From Octopus sinensis (lineage: Eukaryota): a stretch of 64,000 nucleotides of DNA. Below, piece after piece: positions 12,212-24,678 of the stretch. The stretch covers positions 59,520,001-59,584,000 of the forward strand of contig NC_043008.1 of NCBI RefSeq assembly GCF_006345805.1. Reading direction: 5' to 3'. A program made the position numbers and the translations under genes. Every line of letters begins with the position of its first letter. Within the stretch, counting starts at the first letter, position 1. The notes under the pieces are model-generated. The model was not told the origin of the DNA. It searched no databases and was given only the letters and a program-made list of their open reading frames with translations.

Positions 12212-13449
12212 CACATTTATGCAAACTGTCTTGATTGGTGCTGCAAAATAAGTTTAAATATTTCTTGCAATGGAATTTTAACACTTTGTGAAGTATTTTT
12301 AGATCAGTGATGATAGTAGCTGTCATCGTGTAATTCTAGCAGCTAGGCGCACTGGTATTGACTGCTACGATCACACCGACCTGCTTAAAGCCTGAGCTAC
12401 TTACTACTAGTGGCTAACAGAGACAGTTCTATATATAGACAATGCTTATATCACGGAAAAGGGCGTGAAATACAAATTGTTAAAGACATCCGGGCTTAAC
12501 GGAGATGGGAGTGGTCAGTTCTTTGTCGACGTCATCAATAATTGAGCGAACCACTTTCATATTGATACAGTGATTTCTGCCAGAGATGGGATTGGTCAGT
12601 TGTCAGCTGATATCGTCAATCTCTAACAAAGTCTTGGTCGTTTGAACATAGCAATCGATTCCTGGGTGTTTGGAACTCTGCCAAATATTTCTCCTACAAA
12701 TTTTGCGCTATGTATTATATAATTATGATTGCATTATTCTTCCAACCAGATCAAATTAGATATATTTTTGCTTATGTATAGGAAATAAAAGGGAATATTA
12801 AATATAACCAATTATTATTGTTGCACCTAATAAGTATTACAGAAGAACAGAATAATTATTACAAAAAAAAAACAGAATTTAAACGTATATTATAACGTTA
12901 AAACTGCCACTACGAAAAACAGCAGTCTTATTTTATTATACAATATCACTTAGTTGGAAGTTTACATAAATGTTTTTTATTATTGTGAATATACGTGTTT
13001 TTGTGTTTAACAAAGGCGATTATATAATGTAAATAATATCTCATGTTAGTGTGTTATAAAGAAATCTGTACATAATCTATACTAGCAGATGAAAGACCAT
13101 CAGTAGAGAGGAAAAAACAAACAATTGATCTTATTAATTTTCAGCACGTGCGCGCGCGCTTACATGAAGTCACTATGCTCGTCTGGAAAAAAACTTGCGT
13201 AGAAATCTCAAGTAGGCATTTTAGCCTCATCATCATCATCATCATATCTAAATCGTAATTACAGGGGATGTGGGTTCGAGTTCCATCATTCCGCGCGCGT
13301 GTGTGTGTGTGTGTGTGTGTATGTGTGTGTGTGTGTGTGTGTATGTGTGTGTGTTGGTGTGTGTGTGTGTGTGTGGTGTGTGTGTGTTGTGTGTGTGTGT
13401 GAAATAATTTCTGAAATAAAAAAAAATACATTTTGTTTTCTCCTTGCAG

Positions 13450-13680
13450 TGGGACCTGGTTTGTGAGAAGTCGGCATTGGGACCATTTACTCAAACGATG
13501 CAAACCATTGGAATGACTCTTGGAGCGATGCTAGTGCCAACCTTTGCAGACAGATATGGACGTAAACCTGTGATAATAATTTGCCAGTTGTTACTAGGAG
13601 CAGCGTCTTTTGGTGTGAGGTTTTCACCGAATTTTCAAATATTCACAGGTTTAAAAGTTTTTGTGGGATTTTTTCAACAG
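13450..13680 (+). CDS. SLC22: SLC22-family transporter, first exon visible in the window (end of the large extracellular loop, TM2-TM4)
   Basis: Acceptor ttgcag|TGG and donor CAG|gtaaaa. Translates WDLVCEK...TFADRYGRKPV, containing the SLC22 WDLVC motif and MFS motif A. 231 nt, phase 0 at both ends. Symbol is family-level only. Confidence 0.95.
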
Positions 13681-15074
13681 GTAAAAATATTTAAATTCAA
13701 TTATCCAATATATTGTCGTTGCCCTATTATCACTAATGCCATTAAATTCCTTGTTATAAACCGTCATTTTCTTCACAGCCATCTGTCTTAATAAGATTGT
13801 AACATTTTTCCTTTTTTTTTTTTTTTTTGTCTTTGGTCAGTAAGTGTTATTTCCTATTTGCTTCTATCTGGAAATCAAAGGAAATGACTACTATTCCCTT
13901 CATACTTTGCCTTTGTCACCTGGACATCAATGTTTTGAAACTGACCTATTTTTCGTGACATTTCAGACAGATTCGGAAACATCGTTATAACAAATGTTAA
14001 CCTCTTGAGCATGTCCCTTAGTGGCTGACAATATATGTATCCCTGAGGATGAGCAGGAGTAGTGGGAGAATCATCATATCCATGAGTTGAGAGGAATTCT
14101 TTGGGATTTGAATAAACGTTACAAAAGCAAAGTTTGAAAGAATTAGTAGCTATATTTCATACTTTCTATGAATAAGCAAATAGGAAATAACAATTGCTAC
14201 CCAAGAACAAAAATCGTGTCACACACGCATTTAGCTAAAGACAATGTAAGTCATAGTAAACAGAATGATTACTCTTACTCTTTTACTCTTTTACTTGTTT
14301 CAGTCATTTGACTGCGGCCATGCTGGAGCACCGCCTTTAATCGAGCAATTCGACCCCGGGACTTATTCTTTGTAAGCCCAGTACTTATTCTATCGGTCTC
14401 TTTTGCCGAACCGCTAAGTGACGGGGACATAAACACATCAGCATCGGTTGTCAAGCAATGCTAGGGGGACAAGCACAAACATACACGCACACATATATAA
14501 ACATATATATATACATATATACGACAGGCTTCTTTCAGTTTCCGTCTACCAAATCCACTCACAAGGCTTTGGTCGGCCCCGAGGCTATAGTAGAAGACAC
14601 TTGCCCAAGGTTCCACGCAGTGGGACTGAACCCGGAACCATGTGGTTGGTAAACAAGCTACTTACCACACAGCCACTCCTGCGCCTATAATTACCAACAT
14701 TTTATGCAGGAAATGAAACACTTTAAGCCAACAATGCTTTTTCTACCACTGAAAAACTTCTCAGTCAATAGAAACAGACATGAAAAGGTTAACTGTGCTG
14801 ACGTCTCAATGTTTTGAAATTATCTCCTTATTTTCTTTGATAGTCGCTAGGTTTCAGTTTCGTTTCTTCAACAAAAAAGCAAATTTCAAGTCATTAAATT
14901 CAATTACCCAATAAATCATCTTCGTCCCTATTGTCACTAATTCTGCATATATCCCCCAGTAAATCACCCTTTAACCTATTGACCCATATAGTCTTATAAC
15001 ATTGAACCAATTATAATTTCGTTTGCCGCTTTGGTTCTCATACAGTCTGTGACAGATATATATTATTAGTTTAA

Positions 15075-15296
15075 CCCTTTCGTTACCGTATTTATTTTTG
15101 AGATGCTCTGAGTTTCTTTCAATTATTTTAAATATAACGAAGAATTTAGTAAAATGACTTAGTTATCATTAAGCTAGTGTTAGGAACATAACTCGTGACT
15201 AATATTTGGAGGAAAATTTTAATTCAAAACTTATGAAAACAAAACATTTGTACTACAGAGCCAGAGCCGGTTTCAGCCGGATTGGTAACGAAAGGG
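15075..15296. mobile_element. piggyBac-like MITE
   Basis: 13-bp TIRs CCCTTTCGTTACC / GGTAACGAAAGGG. Left flank TTAA; right flank degenerate (TTTG). Confidence 0.65.
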
Positions 15297-17089
15297 TTTG
15301 GCCGACTGGCATGAATTTAGATTTTACTGCGCATTCATGAATTGGCTTCTATTTATCATTTATCCATATTGAAAATGTATTAATTTTAGTTCTGTACGAA
15401 CTAAACAAAAGAAGTACTGAAGATATTTAAACCTTAATGATGGATTTTTAAGAGAACGTCTTATCTGTTTCATTTTAGTCCCGATAAGCGAAATAATTTG
15501 AGTCAGATTTGTTTATCCAGAGGCCACATTCGAACTATATCTCCAACATTAGGTATAGCACAACTAGATCATTTTAACTGGCATGGGTTTTGGAATTCCA
15601 GAAAGCAAGTGCCAAATCCACTGACCTTTCTTAGTTGACTATGACCCTATAAGTCTAAGTAATGTCCAGTTTAGAATGCACGAGTTTGATCATAACGAGA
15701 ATCACCAGCATAGTGTCTCCATAATACCAGAAATTCATACATTATTCAGTTGAAGTAATAATATATGAGCTAAGTATACAGAAACAGTGGCAAAGAACAT
15801 GTGTAGATGGACCAAATATACAATTACATCACCATGAAGCGACCATGTACAATCTGTTTCCGGTGATTTTTCATGAGAACACAACCATTTGTACGACTCC
15901 TCAAAACTTACATCTTTACTAATACCTATTTCTTTACTACCCACAAGGGGCTGAACACAGAGAGGACAAACAAGGACAGACACACGGATTAATTCGATTA
16001 TATCGATCCCAGTACGTAACTGGTACTTAATTTATCGACCCCGAAAGGATGAAAGGCAAAGTCGACCTCGGCGGAATTTGAACTCAGAACGTAACGGCAG
16101 ACGAAATACGGCTACGCATTTCGCTCGGCGTGCTAACGTTTCTGCCAGCTCGCCGCCTTATCTTTGTTAATACCAGGGCTAAAAATATTATATTAGGGAG
16201 GCTCCGGCACTTTAAGTCCTGAGCTCAAATCTCGCCGAGGTCAGTTTTGTCTTTCATCTCTGTGGGGCCGGTTGAATGAAGTATCTGAGACCGATGGTCA
16301 CATCTAACCCTCTCCCCTCAAATTTACTGTAATTAAATTGTACGTTTCCACAGGAGACACAAATGTATTTTAATGAGTTTCGAGATACGTTAAGTCTGCT
16401 GACACCAACGTAACGAGGTAACCTCTACGTGGTCTCTCAACCAGCAAAATATTGCAGCTAAAATCTCCGTCGAACAAACTTAGGCGCTACCGTATTGAAA
16501 ATGAATTGACGCATTTGATAATGTAGCGCTAGTCAAGCAGCCCCTGAAAAAGAATGAGACGTAACCCTATTGATCTGCTCATTCAGTGTTTGCCTTGGAA
16601 TAATCAACAAGAATAGCATATAACATAAGCTAGCTGATACCGAACCTGACACGTTTGAAATATCAATAATTCTACTGTACATACATCAGTATTATCCCGT
16701 TACTCAATACATTTACTAATTGCAAATATAATTATTGATCTGACGCAGCCCTCCACTCCTCACTTCACTTCTTTCAAACCTTAAGTGTATACAACAAATA
16801 ATCCCCCAATTCTCTCCAAAGATCTGCAAAATACTGGTGAATGAAATTGGTGTCTGTTGTTTTACATACCTCTCTGTTTGACTCAAACTGGTTAGTAATA
16901 AACACTTCTTTTAATTAGGAATTACTTACTATACTGTCTCTTATTCTCTGTGATTGCATTCCTATCATAATTAACAGATAGTCTTCTAATTGAAACTTTT
17001 AAAGTAAGCAAAATAACGAGTCGGGGTAATGCCTGACTCCACAGTCTTATCTGTGACGATTTTTTGCACATCAACACTAGTATTCTACT

Positions 17090-17825
17090 GATTCTTATTT
17101 CATCGACCTCGATACATTGAAAGGCAAAGTAGACCTCGGCAGAATTTGACTTCAAAACTTAAAAACGGGTGAAATACCGCTAAGCATTTTGTCCAGCGTG
17201 CTAACGATTCTTTTCTACTCTAGGCACAAGACCCGGAATTTGGGGGGTGGGGGCTAGTCGATTAGATCGACCCCGATACGCAACTGGTACTTAATTTATC
17301 GACCCCGAAAGGATGAAAGGCGAGGTCGACCTCGGCGGAATTTGAACTCAGAACGTTAAGGCAGACGAAATATCGCTAAGCATTTCGCCCGGCGTGCTAA
17401 CGATTCTTATTTCTTTATTGCCCACAAAGGGCTAAACATAGAGGTGACAAAAAAGGACAGACAAAGAGATTAAGTCGATTACATCGACCCCAGTGTGTAA
17501 CTGGTATTTAATTTATCGACCCCGAAAGGATGAAAGGCAAAGTCGACCTCGGCGGAATTTGAACTCAGAACGTAGCGGCGGCACACGAAATACCTATTTC
17601 TTTACTACCCACAAGGGGCTAAACACAGAGAGGACAAACAAGGACAGACAAAGGGATTAAGTCGGTCATATCGACCTCAGTGCGTAACTGGTACTTATTT
17701 AATCGACCCCGAAAGGTTGAAAGGCAAAGTTGACTTCGACGGAATTTGAACTCAGAACGTAGCGGCAGACGAAATACTGCTGAGCATTTCGCCCGGCATG
17801 CTAACGATTCTGTCAGCTCGCTGCC
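17090..17825 (-). mobile_element. Head-to-tail chain of about four family B SINE units
   Basis: Repeated B-box/core modules joined at GGTATT or AGAAT microhomologies. Confidence 0.85.
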
Positions 17826-19647
17826 TTTCTATACGTGTGATAATACGACACTATCATAACTTCATTCAAAAGGTGAGTTCGATAATTTCTTGAAATGTAA
17901 ATGGAATTAGTAACGTTGTTCTTAATTAAACATAAAGAAGTAATCATTATTAACGTATATGATTTATATATTTGCCTGTAGGCTGCGATATGGTGTGGTG
18001 GAGATGACTCCATCAAAGCGTTGGGTGTTAAAAACCTGAATGTCATGGACTGGCGAGACAACTTACCCCAGATCCCTTTCAAGAGTGATGGACATCGATG
18101 TTTCGCTATTTTTGTGTGGCCTATCAAACATAACGCACTTGAACCGAATCCACGATTTATATGAATATAATGTAAAAACTATGTACCGGTATGCCCCGAC
18201 AATGCATACGTAAGAATAAATTCATATATGAAATAGAAGCAGCGCTAGTGCAATAATCTTTATCAACCACGCATACTTAACATTTATGAGTTGTGTTTTC
18301 CGGTAGTCTGCAACTGGGGTGATGAAGACTCCTCCATCAAAACGCCGAGTGTTAAAATACCTGAAAGTCATGGACAGGCGAGGCAACTCATCCCAGATCC
18401 CATTCAGAGGTGATGGACATCGATGTTTCGCCATATTTGAATGAAGAACTAATTAAAAAAATATGAAATGTTTAAGCTCAAATATTATATTAAGCTCAAA
18501 TACAGCGATGTCTTCCATATAACATATTTGAAATTTTTCTTATACGTATCGGTGTGTGCGTGTGTGTTGACGGCGAAGTGCCAGAATCTTTAGGGCATGG
18601 GATCAGGTACCTCGAGCATTTTTCCGGTTTTGCTGCGCTCTGAGTTCAAATCATACTGAAGTTATCTTTTCTTTTCATCATCTCGGGATCGATAAAATAA
18701 TCTGTCCAAGTCTGTAGTTTTGCGGTATTTGTTGTTGTAATATTTGTTCTGGCATTCTGCATTCTAAGTTTTTTACTGCTACACTTATTCCGTTGCCTAG
18801 CTTATCACCACTACTAGGTCCTTGGATGTCTTCAACAGAGTCCACTCAGTTACAAGCATTCAAGCTATGCCGCTATTTTGAGAGTACCGTTCTTCCTATA
18901 TGCCATCAGCCTTGAAGTCTCTGTAGAAATAAAATTCGCTGGCCTTCTCTCCTTGACTAAAAAAGAAGAAACTGTCAGATTAAATATTTTCCATTAATTA
19001 CTTGATAGGAGTCGGCAAACTATAGAACCGTTAGCGAATAGGACAAAATCATTAGTGTCATTTCTTCCGGCTCTTTACATTCCAGGTTAGAATTCCGCCG
19101 GGGTTGTCTTTGTTTGTCATCAGTTCGCGGTCGATAAAATAAGTACCTGTGGAACACTAGGGTCGATGTAAACTACTTACCCTCTACCTTAGAATTGCTG
19201 GCACTATGCTAAATTTATGATTATTTTTCATTGGGTCACGTTTCTTTTTGTGGGGAAGTAGTCAAGGAATGGCCAATTAAACTTAACATTAACCTTTTAT
19301 AAATGATACTAAATACATAAGCTACGTCGCTGATGTCATACGGATTTTATAAACTTTCGAGAAATTATGAGATAATCCTTTTTTTTTTGTTATTTGTTTG
19401 TTTGTTTTTTTCTTGGATCAGTGGATCTCGAAGCACATAAAGCTATACATAATACCATGTAAATTATCAAATTGAAAAACTCTTTTGGACAGAAAAAAAC
19501 ACTAGCAACCATCGAATTTTTCTATTTATAAGCGTTTTCTTTTTCAACCCAATATGTACATTTATAGCTTTGTACGCTTCGAGATCCACCGTCCCAACGA
19601 CTTATTTCGTTTATTTAACTCAACCTTTATATGTATCGGTATTTCAG

Positions 19648-19850
19648 GGTATCGCAGTTCCTGCCCAAAACATTGCCATTGAATTATTTTCAACCGAACA
19701 TCGTGCAGTCATTGCTACGTTATATGGATTTAACTGGGTTACTGGTTGTTTTTTCCTGGTACTACAAGCTTACTTGTTTTCCTCTTATGGATGGAGGGCT
19801 ACTGCTTTATCTATCGCATGTAACAGCGTAGTTGTCATCCTCAACATCTT
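19648..19850 (+). CDS. SLC22: SLC22-family transporter exon (TM4-TM6)
   Basis: tttcag|GGT ... ATC TT|gtaagt. Translates GIAVPAQNIAIELFSTEHRAVIATLYGFNWVTG...YGWR, matching the E-x5-R and WR motifs. Phase is compatible with both neighbours. Confidence 0.93.
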
Positions 19851-20629
19851 GTAAGTTTGATGTACAAATTTTGTTTGGGTTTTTTTTTTGGTTTTTTAAT
19901 ATTTACTGCGTAATTAAGGTGGTGAGCAAGCAGAATCGTTAGTACATCAGGTAGAATGCTTAGCGGCATTAACTAAGTCTTAGTTGCCTTGCGTTTGCGA
20001 ACATCTCTTCCAAAATCAACGGGAAGGAGAATATATTACTCTTACTCTTTACTCTTTTACTCTTTTACTTGTTTCAGTCATTTGACTGCGGCCATGCTGG
20101 AGCACCGCCTTTAGTCGAGCAAATCGACCCCGGGACTTATTCTTTGTAAGCCCAGTACTTATTCTATCGGTCTCTTTTGCCGAACCGCTAAGTGACGGGG
20201 ACGTAAACACACCAGCATCGGTTGTCAAGCAATGCTAGGGGGACAAACACAGACACACAAACACTTATATATATATACATATATACGACAGGCTTCTTTC
20301 AGTTTCCGTCTACCAAATCCACTCACAAGGCATTGGTCGGCCCGGGGCTATAGCAGAAGACACTTGCCGAAGATGCCACGCAGTGGGACTGAACCCGGAA
20401 CCATGTGGTTGGTTAGCAAGCTACTTACCACACAGCCACTATGGACAATAACACTGAAACCTGCAGCTCCTCTATCCTACCTCAATTGTCAATTAACGTC
20501 AATACCAATAATTATTGGTACGCTTGGTTATCTTAGTAAATGTCTAAGCTACAATCTGGAAAAAACTGAAATTTTCAAGCAACGAAAAAGACCAGATTAT
20601 ATGAACTTTACAAAAACAATCTGTAAGTA

Positions 20630-21149
20630 CCGTAAATCCTCGAGTATAGTCCGCCCTTGAGTATAATACGCAGGGGATTTTTAGGGGGCTGTAACTCTGA
20701 AAGACCTAAACCTTGTGTATAATACGCACCCCTTCTCTAACTTGAGTCAAGGAGGTCTGTATAACGTCCCTGGTTTGTAAAAATGTATACGGTAACGTCC
20801 TTTATTATTATTGTATATATAACATAATGCAAACGTGTAGCTTTTTTGTGCATTTTGTTTGCAGAAAATAAAGAAATAACAGTAATAACAGTAATAACGT
20901 TTAATAAATGTTGCTTACTGCAAGTTATGGATGATTTTTATGACTTCATTGCTTTCAGGCTTTGCTTCAGGTATTTTCACGCCCGTCATCACAAAATGCG
21001 TCTGAATAAATATTGCCGGACAGCAAATAGAGACTTGGACATTGCTTAGAAAATAATTTTCATTTTTAACCTCGTATATAGTACGCACTAGGGATTTTGA
21101 CCTTTAAATTTTGTGGGGAAAAATGCGGATTATACTCGAGGATTTACGG
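20630..21149. mobile_element. Tc1/mariner-superfamily (pogo-like) MITE
   Basis: TIRs CCGTAAATCCTCGAGTATA / TATACTCGAGGATTTACGG with TA TSD on both sides; 520 bp. Confidence 0.85.
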
Positions 21150-22069
21150 TAAAACAGTAATGATATGCGAGACTTTCCTAAAGTTCGATATGTAGAAATG
21201 ATCGTTGTGGTTATTCAAATTCCAGTGATAGAACTTTTGTCTCTTTATTAGAAACCAGCTCCCTCCTTCTAGGAAGAACACTAATAAATAAATGCAAAAT
21301 GAAAGGCGTACATACACACATAAACGTATACAAACAAACATACACATACACATACATACGCCGCACAAACAAAGACCGCAAAGAATATTTGTTCCGACTC
21401 CTTACGTTCAAAGTTCAAATCTTGCTGAGGTCAACTTTGCTTTTGATCTCTCCGGGGTCAATAAAATAGAGTGCTGGTCAAGTGATGAGATCGATGGTAT
21501 CAACTAATCATTTTCCCTCAAAGCTACTAGCCTTGCACCAAAATTTTAAAGTCTTCCTCCTCCTCCTCCTTCTTCTTCCCCTTCTTCTTCTCCATCTTCT
21601 TCTTCTTCTTCTTCTTCTTCTTCTTCTTCTTCTTCTTCTTCTTCTTCTTCTTCTTCTTCATCTTCTTCTTTGTATCGTATCTCGTCCTTTGATATTACTC
21701 TCCATGCCTTGGGCCCCCGTGGCCAATAAAAGAAATTATCATCACCATCATCATCATCATCGTCATTATTATTATTATTATTATTATTATTCAGTAGTTT
21801 TATTTTTATAGCGTGCTTTCACTTCACTACCGAGCGCAGCTCTGTGTGCCTTGGGTATGTGTAGTGATTTGTTGTGGTGCTCTGATGGCTACTGTATTGA
21901 AAGTGTTTTGCGTAGGATGTGTGCAGTGCCCAGTAGTGCAATTTTCTGTATGTTATATGTGTTTGTAAGTCCTGGTGTTTTTGTTATGTATTTGTCTGAA
22001 TATTTTTTACCATACCTAATGCGCTATTATTATTATTATTATTATATTTTATTATTATTATTATTATTA

Positions 22070-22161
<92 letters not shown>

Positions 22162-22208
22162 CATTATTATTATTGTTATTGTTGTTATTCATCTATCTCA
22201 TATTTCAG

Positions 22209-22598
22209 TTTCATGGAAGAATCCTTACGTTGGCTTTTCGCGAAAGGTTATTTAGACAGAGCTGAGTCACTAATCAAAAAGGCTGCCAAAACGAATAATC
22301 TAGATTTTGACGCTATCTGGAATACCCACGTCGCAGGAGCTACCGAACTCATACCTGTTCCGGAGAAAGAAGCTCCACCTGAAGAAATTTCCCTGCATTC
22401 CGAAACACCCATTCCTGTTGTTCATCAAGACAATGAAAGCAGTTCGTTTATCAATGGCAACACAACAACAGCTCCTGAATATGATGCAGAATTTCATGTA
22501 GAAAGAAGACTGTCAGTAATGCCTGAAGACACAAGAGTTTGGGTATTATTTACCAATCCCACGTTATGTCTCATCATGTGCATTAATTTGTATTGCTG
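22209..22598 (+). CDS. SLC22: SLC22-family transporter exon (central cytoplasmic loop and start of TM7)
   Basis: tttcag|T TTC ATG GAA GAA TCC ... TGC TG|gtaagt. EESLRWLFAKG corresponds to the PESPRWL motif. 390 nt; split codons TTT and TGG join correctly. Confidence 0.93.
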
Positions 22599-22702
22599 GT
22601 AAGTAATCACTTTGTTCGCCGCACCAAACTTAGTTCTTAAGCAGTTTGAATTTGCGGTTTCTAATTACTACATGGCCGACTAACTGCAATGCAAAGAAGA
22701 TG

Positions 22703-22750
<48 letters not shown>

Positions 22751-22759
22751 TGTGTGTGT

Positions 22760-22790
<31 letters not shown>

Positions 22791-23140
22791 GCTATATGCG
22801 ACATCAGAGTTTGAAGAGATGCTGATATTCCATGTACCATAACAACGAGAGTTGCCTTGTTTGCGGTGACCGGACGCCTACTACTGATGATGTCCAGTAG
22901 AATGAAATCACGGGATATGGGAGTTCCAACGCCCATAATAGATGATTCTCGTCTACTACGATCTATTTTTGTGCTTTATACAACAAACGTTTATATGACA
23001 GACTCTCTCAAGGCTAATAAGGCAATATTCGGAGTTCTAACAAGATATCACATTAAATTGGATATCAAGTTTGCCTTATATACATACATACATACATACA
23101 CACATACATACATACATACATACATACATACATACATACA

Positions 23141-23174
<34 letters not shown>

Positions 23175-23822
23175 GATATATAACTAGGGAAAAGATTTAA
23201 CAAATGTCTTTTTATCGCTAGCTTTGAAAGCCACATGATTGCACACAACGCCAATTTTCATTATTCTGCATTACATTTAACAAAGGCGAAACACAATTAT
23301 TTCCAATATATTTATTCTGCGCTATCAAAGAACTTATTAGGTTTCTTTGACAAAGAAACCAGTCCGAAAAGCTCGACTCCTCTTCCTCGCAATTTACAAA
23401 GTAAACAAAAATTTCACAAAGTAAACTTTTTGTGCATTTCTTTATATTTTCTTAATAATTCTTTCGTTAATAGTTTGGCTGATAAAAGGCGGCAAGCTGA
23501 CAGAATGGCACTTTGGGTAGAATGCTTAGCAGCATTTCGTCTGCCTTTACGTTCTGAATTCAAATTCTGCCGTGGTAGACTTTACCTTTCATCCTCTAGG
23601 GGTCGATAAGATAAGTACTTGTTGAGGACTCGGGTAGGTGTAATCGACTTGGGGTCGATAAGATAAGTACTAGTTGAGGACTAGGGTAGGTGTAATCGGC
23701 TTATCCCCACCCACGAAATTGGTGGCCTTGTATCAAAACTTGAAATCAATATTTTAGGAGAGTAAAGGCGGTGAGCTGGCAGAATCGTTAACACGTTGGG
23801 CAAAATTCTTAGCGGCAAAATT

Positions 23823-23995
23823 CATCAGCAAAAATTACTTTAGGAACGAGAACCCAGGGTTGGGTTCAAAATTCTACCAGGACGCCTGATGAAGGCTGGA
23901 GAGTAACTCAACCGAAACGTTGTGTTAACAACAAACAAGACAAGGACACATATCTGTCCAAGGTGAATAATGTAAATAATGTGCACTTTGTATAT
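23823..23995 (+). mobile_element. Probable Penelope-like terminal-repeat fragment
   Basis: Short non-coding insert between SINE remnants, centred on a hammerhead motif. Boundaries approximate. Confidence 0.5.
23882..23925 (+). ncRNA. Minimal type I hammerhead ribozyme motif, canonical core
   Basis: Reads ACGC CUGAUGA A GGCUGGAGAGUAACUCAACC GAAA C GUU GUGU. Stem I ACGC/GUGU, stem II closed by GG/CC, palindromic AACGUU stem III, predicted cut after 23921. Confidence 0.72.
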
Positions 23996-24039
23996 TATAA
24001 AACATTGCGACTAATCTCTATCTTGATTTGTTCTTTTAG

Positions 24040-24174
24040 GTTCATAGCTTCGCTATCATATTATGGATTGTATCTTACATCAGGATCTTTGGAAGGAAGC
24101 CATTACTTAAACTTCTTCCTTAATTCTTTTTGCGAAATGTTAGCAATGAGCACGTTGTGGAAAGGTTTTGAATG
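24040..24174 (+). CDS. SLC22: SLC22-family transporter exon (TM7-TM8)
   Basis: ttttag|G TTC ATA ... GAA TG|gtacgt. Translates WFIASLSYYGLYLTSGSLEGSHYLNFFLNSFCE, matching the YYGL...YLNF...E pattern. Confidence 0.93.
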
Positions 24175-24678
24175 GTACGTACAAAATTACTGTTTTTGCT
24201 TATTCATTATGTCCTACTGCTGCCTATCTGAAAGGAACTTGTGTAATACAAGCCCATTAATTAATTGATTAATTAATTAATTAATTTGTTGATTAATTAA
24301 TTAACTAATTAATTGATCGAGTAATTAATTAATTAATTTTAAATGACTTGGCCTTTGAAAGAAAAATAATGCCCATAACATTTTCGAAAGGAATAAACGA
24401 AATTCTCCACGGATCCAAAACTTGCCCCGAACACTTACAATAGATTGAACTCCAATAAAGGTGCCTATGGGCCAACTAATGTGTTATACTGAATATTAAG
24501 TTGACCACTCCCTAAAAATAGCAACGCTCTCCCAAACGGGCCTCTACCGTTTCTGTCAACCAAATTTTATTCCCAAAGCTTTGATCAACTCGGAGCTATA
24601 GTAGAAGACACTCAAGGTGTCACTCGTTTTGTATTTATTCAAACTAACCTTTGACATTTTCTTTTCTCTTTACAATAG

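Noticed and set aside
17090-17825. Regularly repeated units that could suggest a CRISPR-like array
   Set aside because: Units are SINE modules of about 180 bp without unique spacers, in a eukaryotic context.
18040-18435. GAAAC-AUCGAU-GUC on the minus strand resembling hammerhead stem III in a type II arrangement
   Set aside because: No CUGANGA-like box at the required position and no convincing stem II in either copy. A C/D snoRNA reading also fails because there is no terminal D box.
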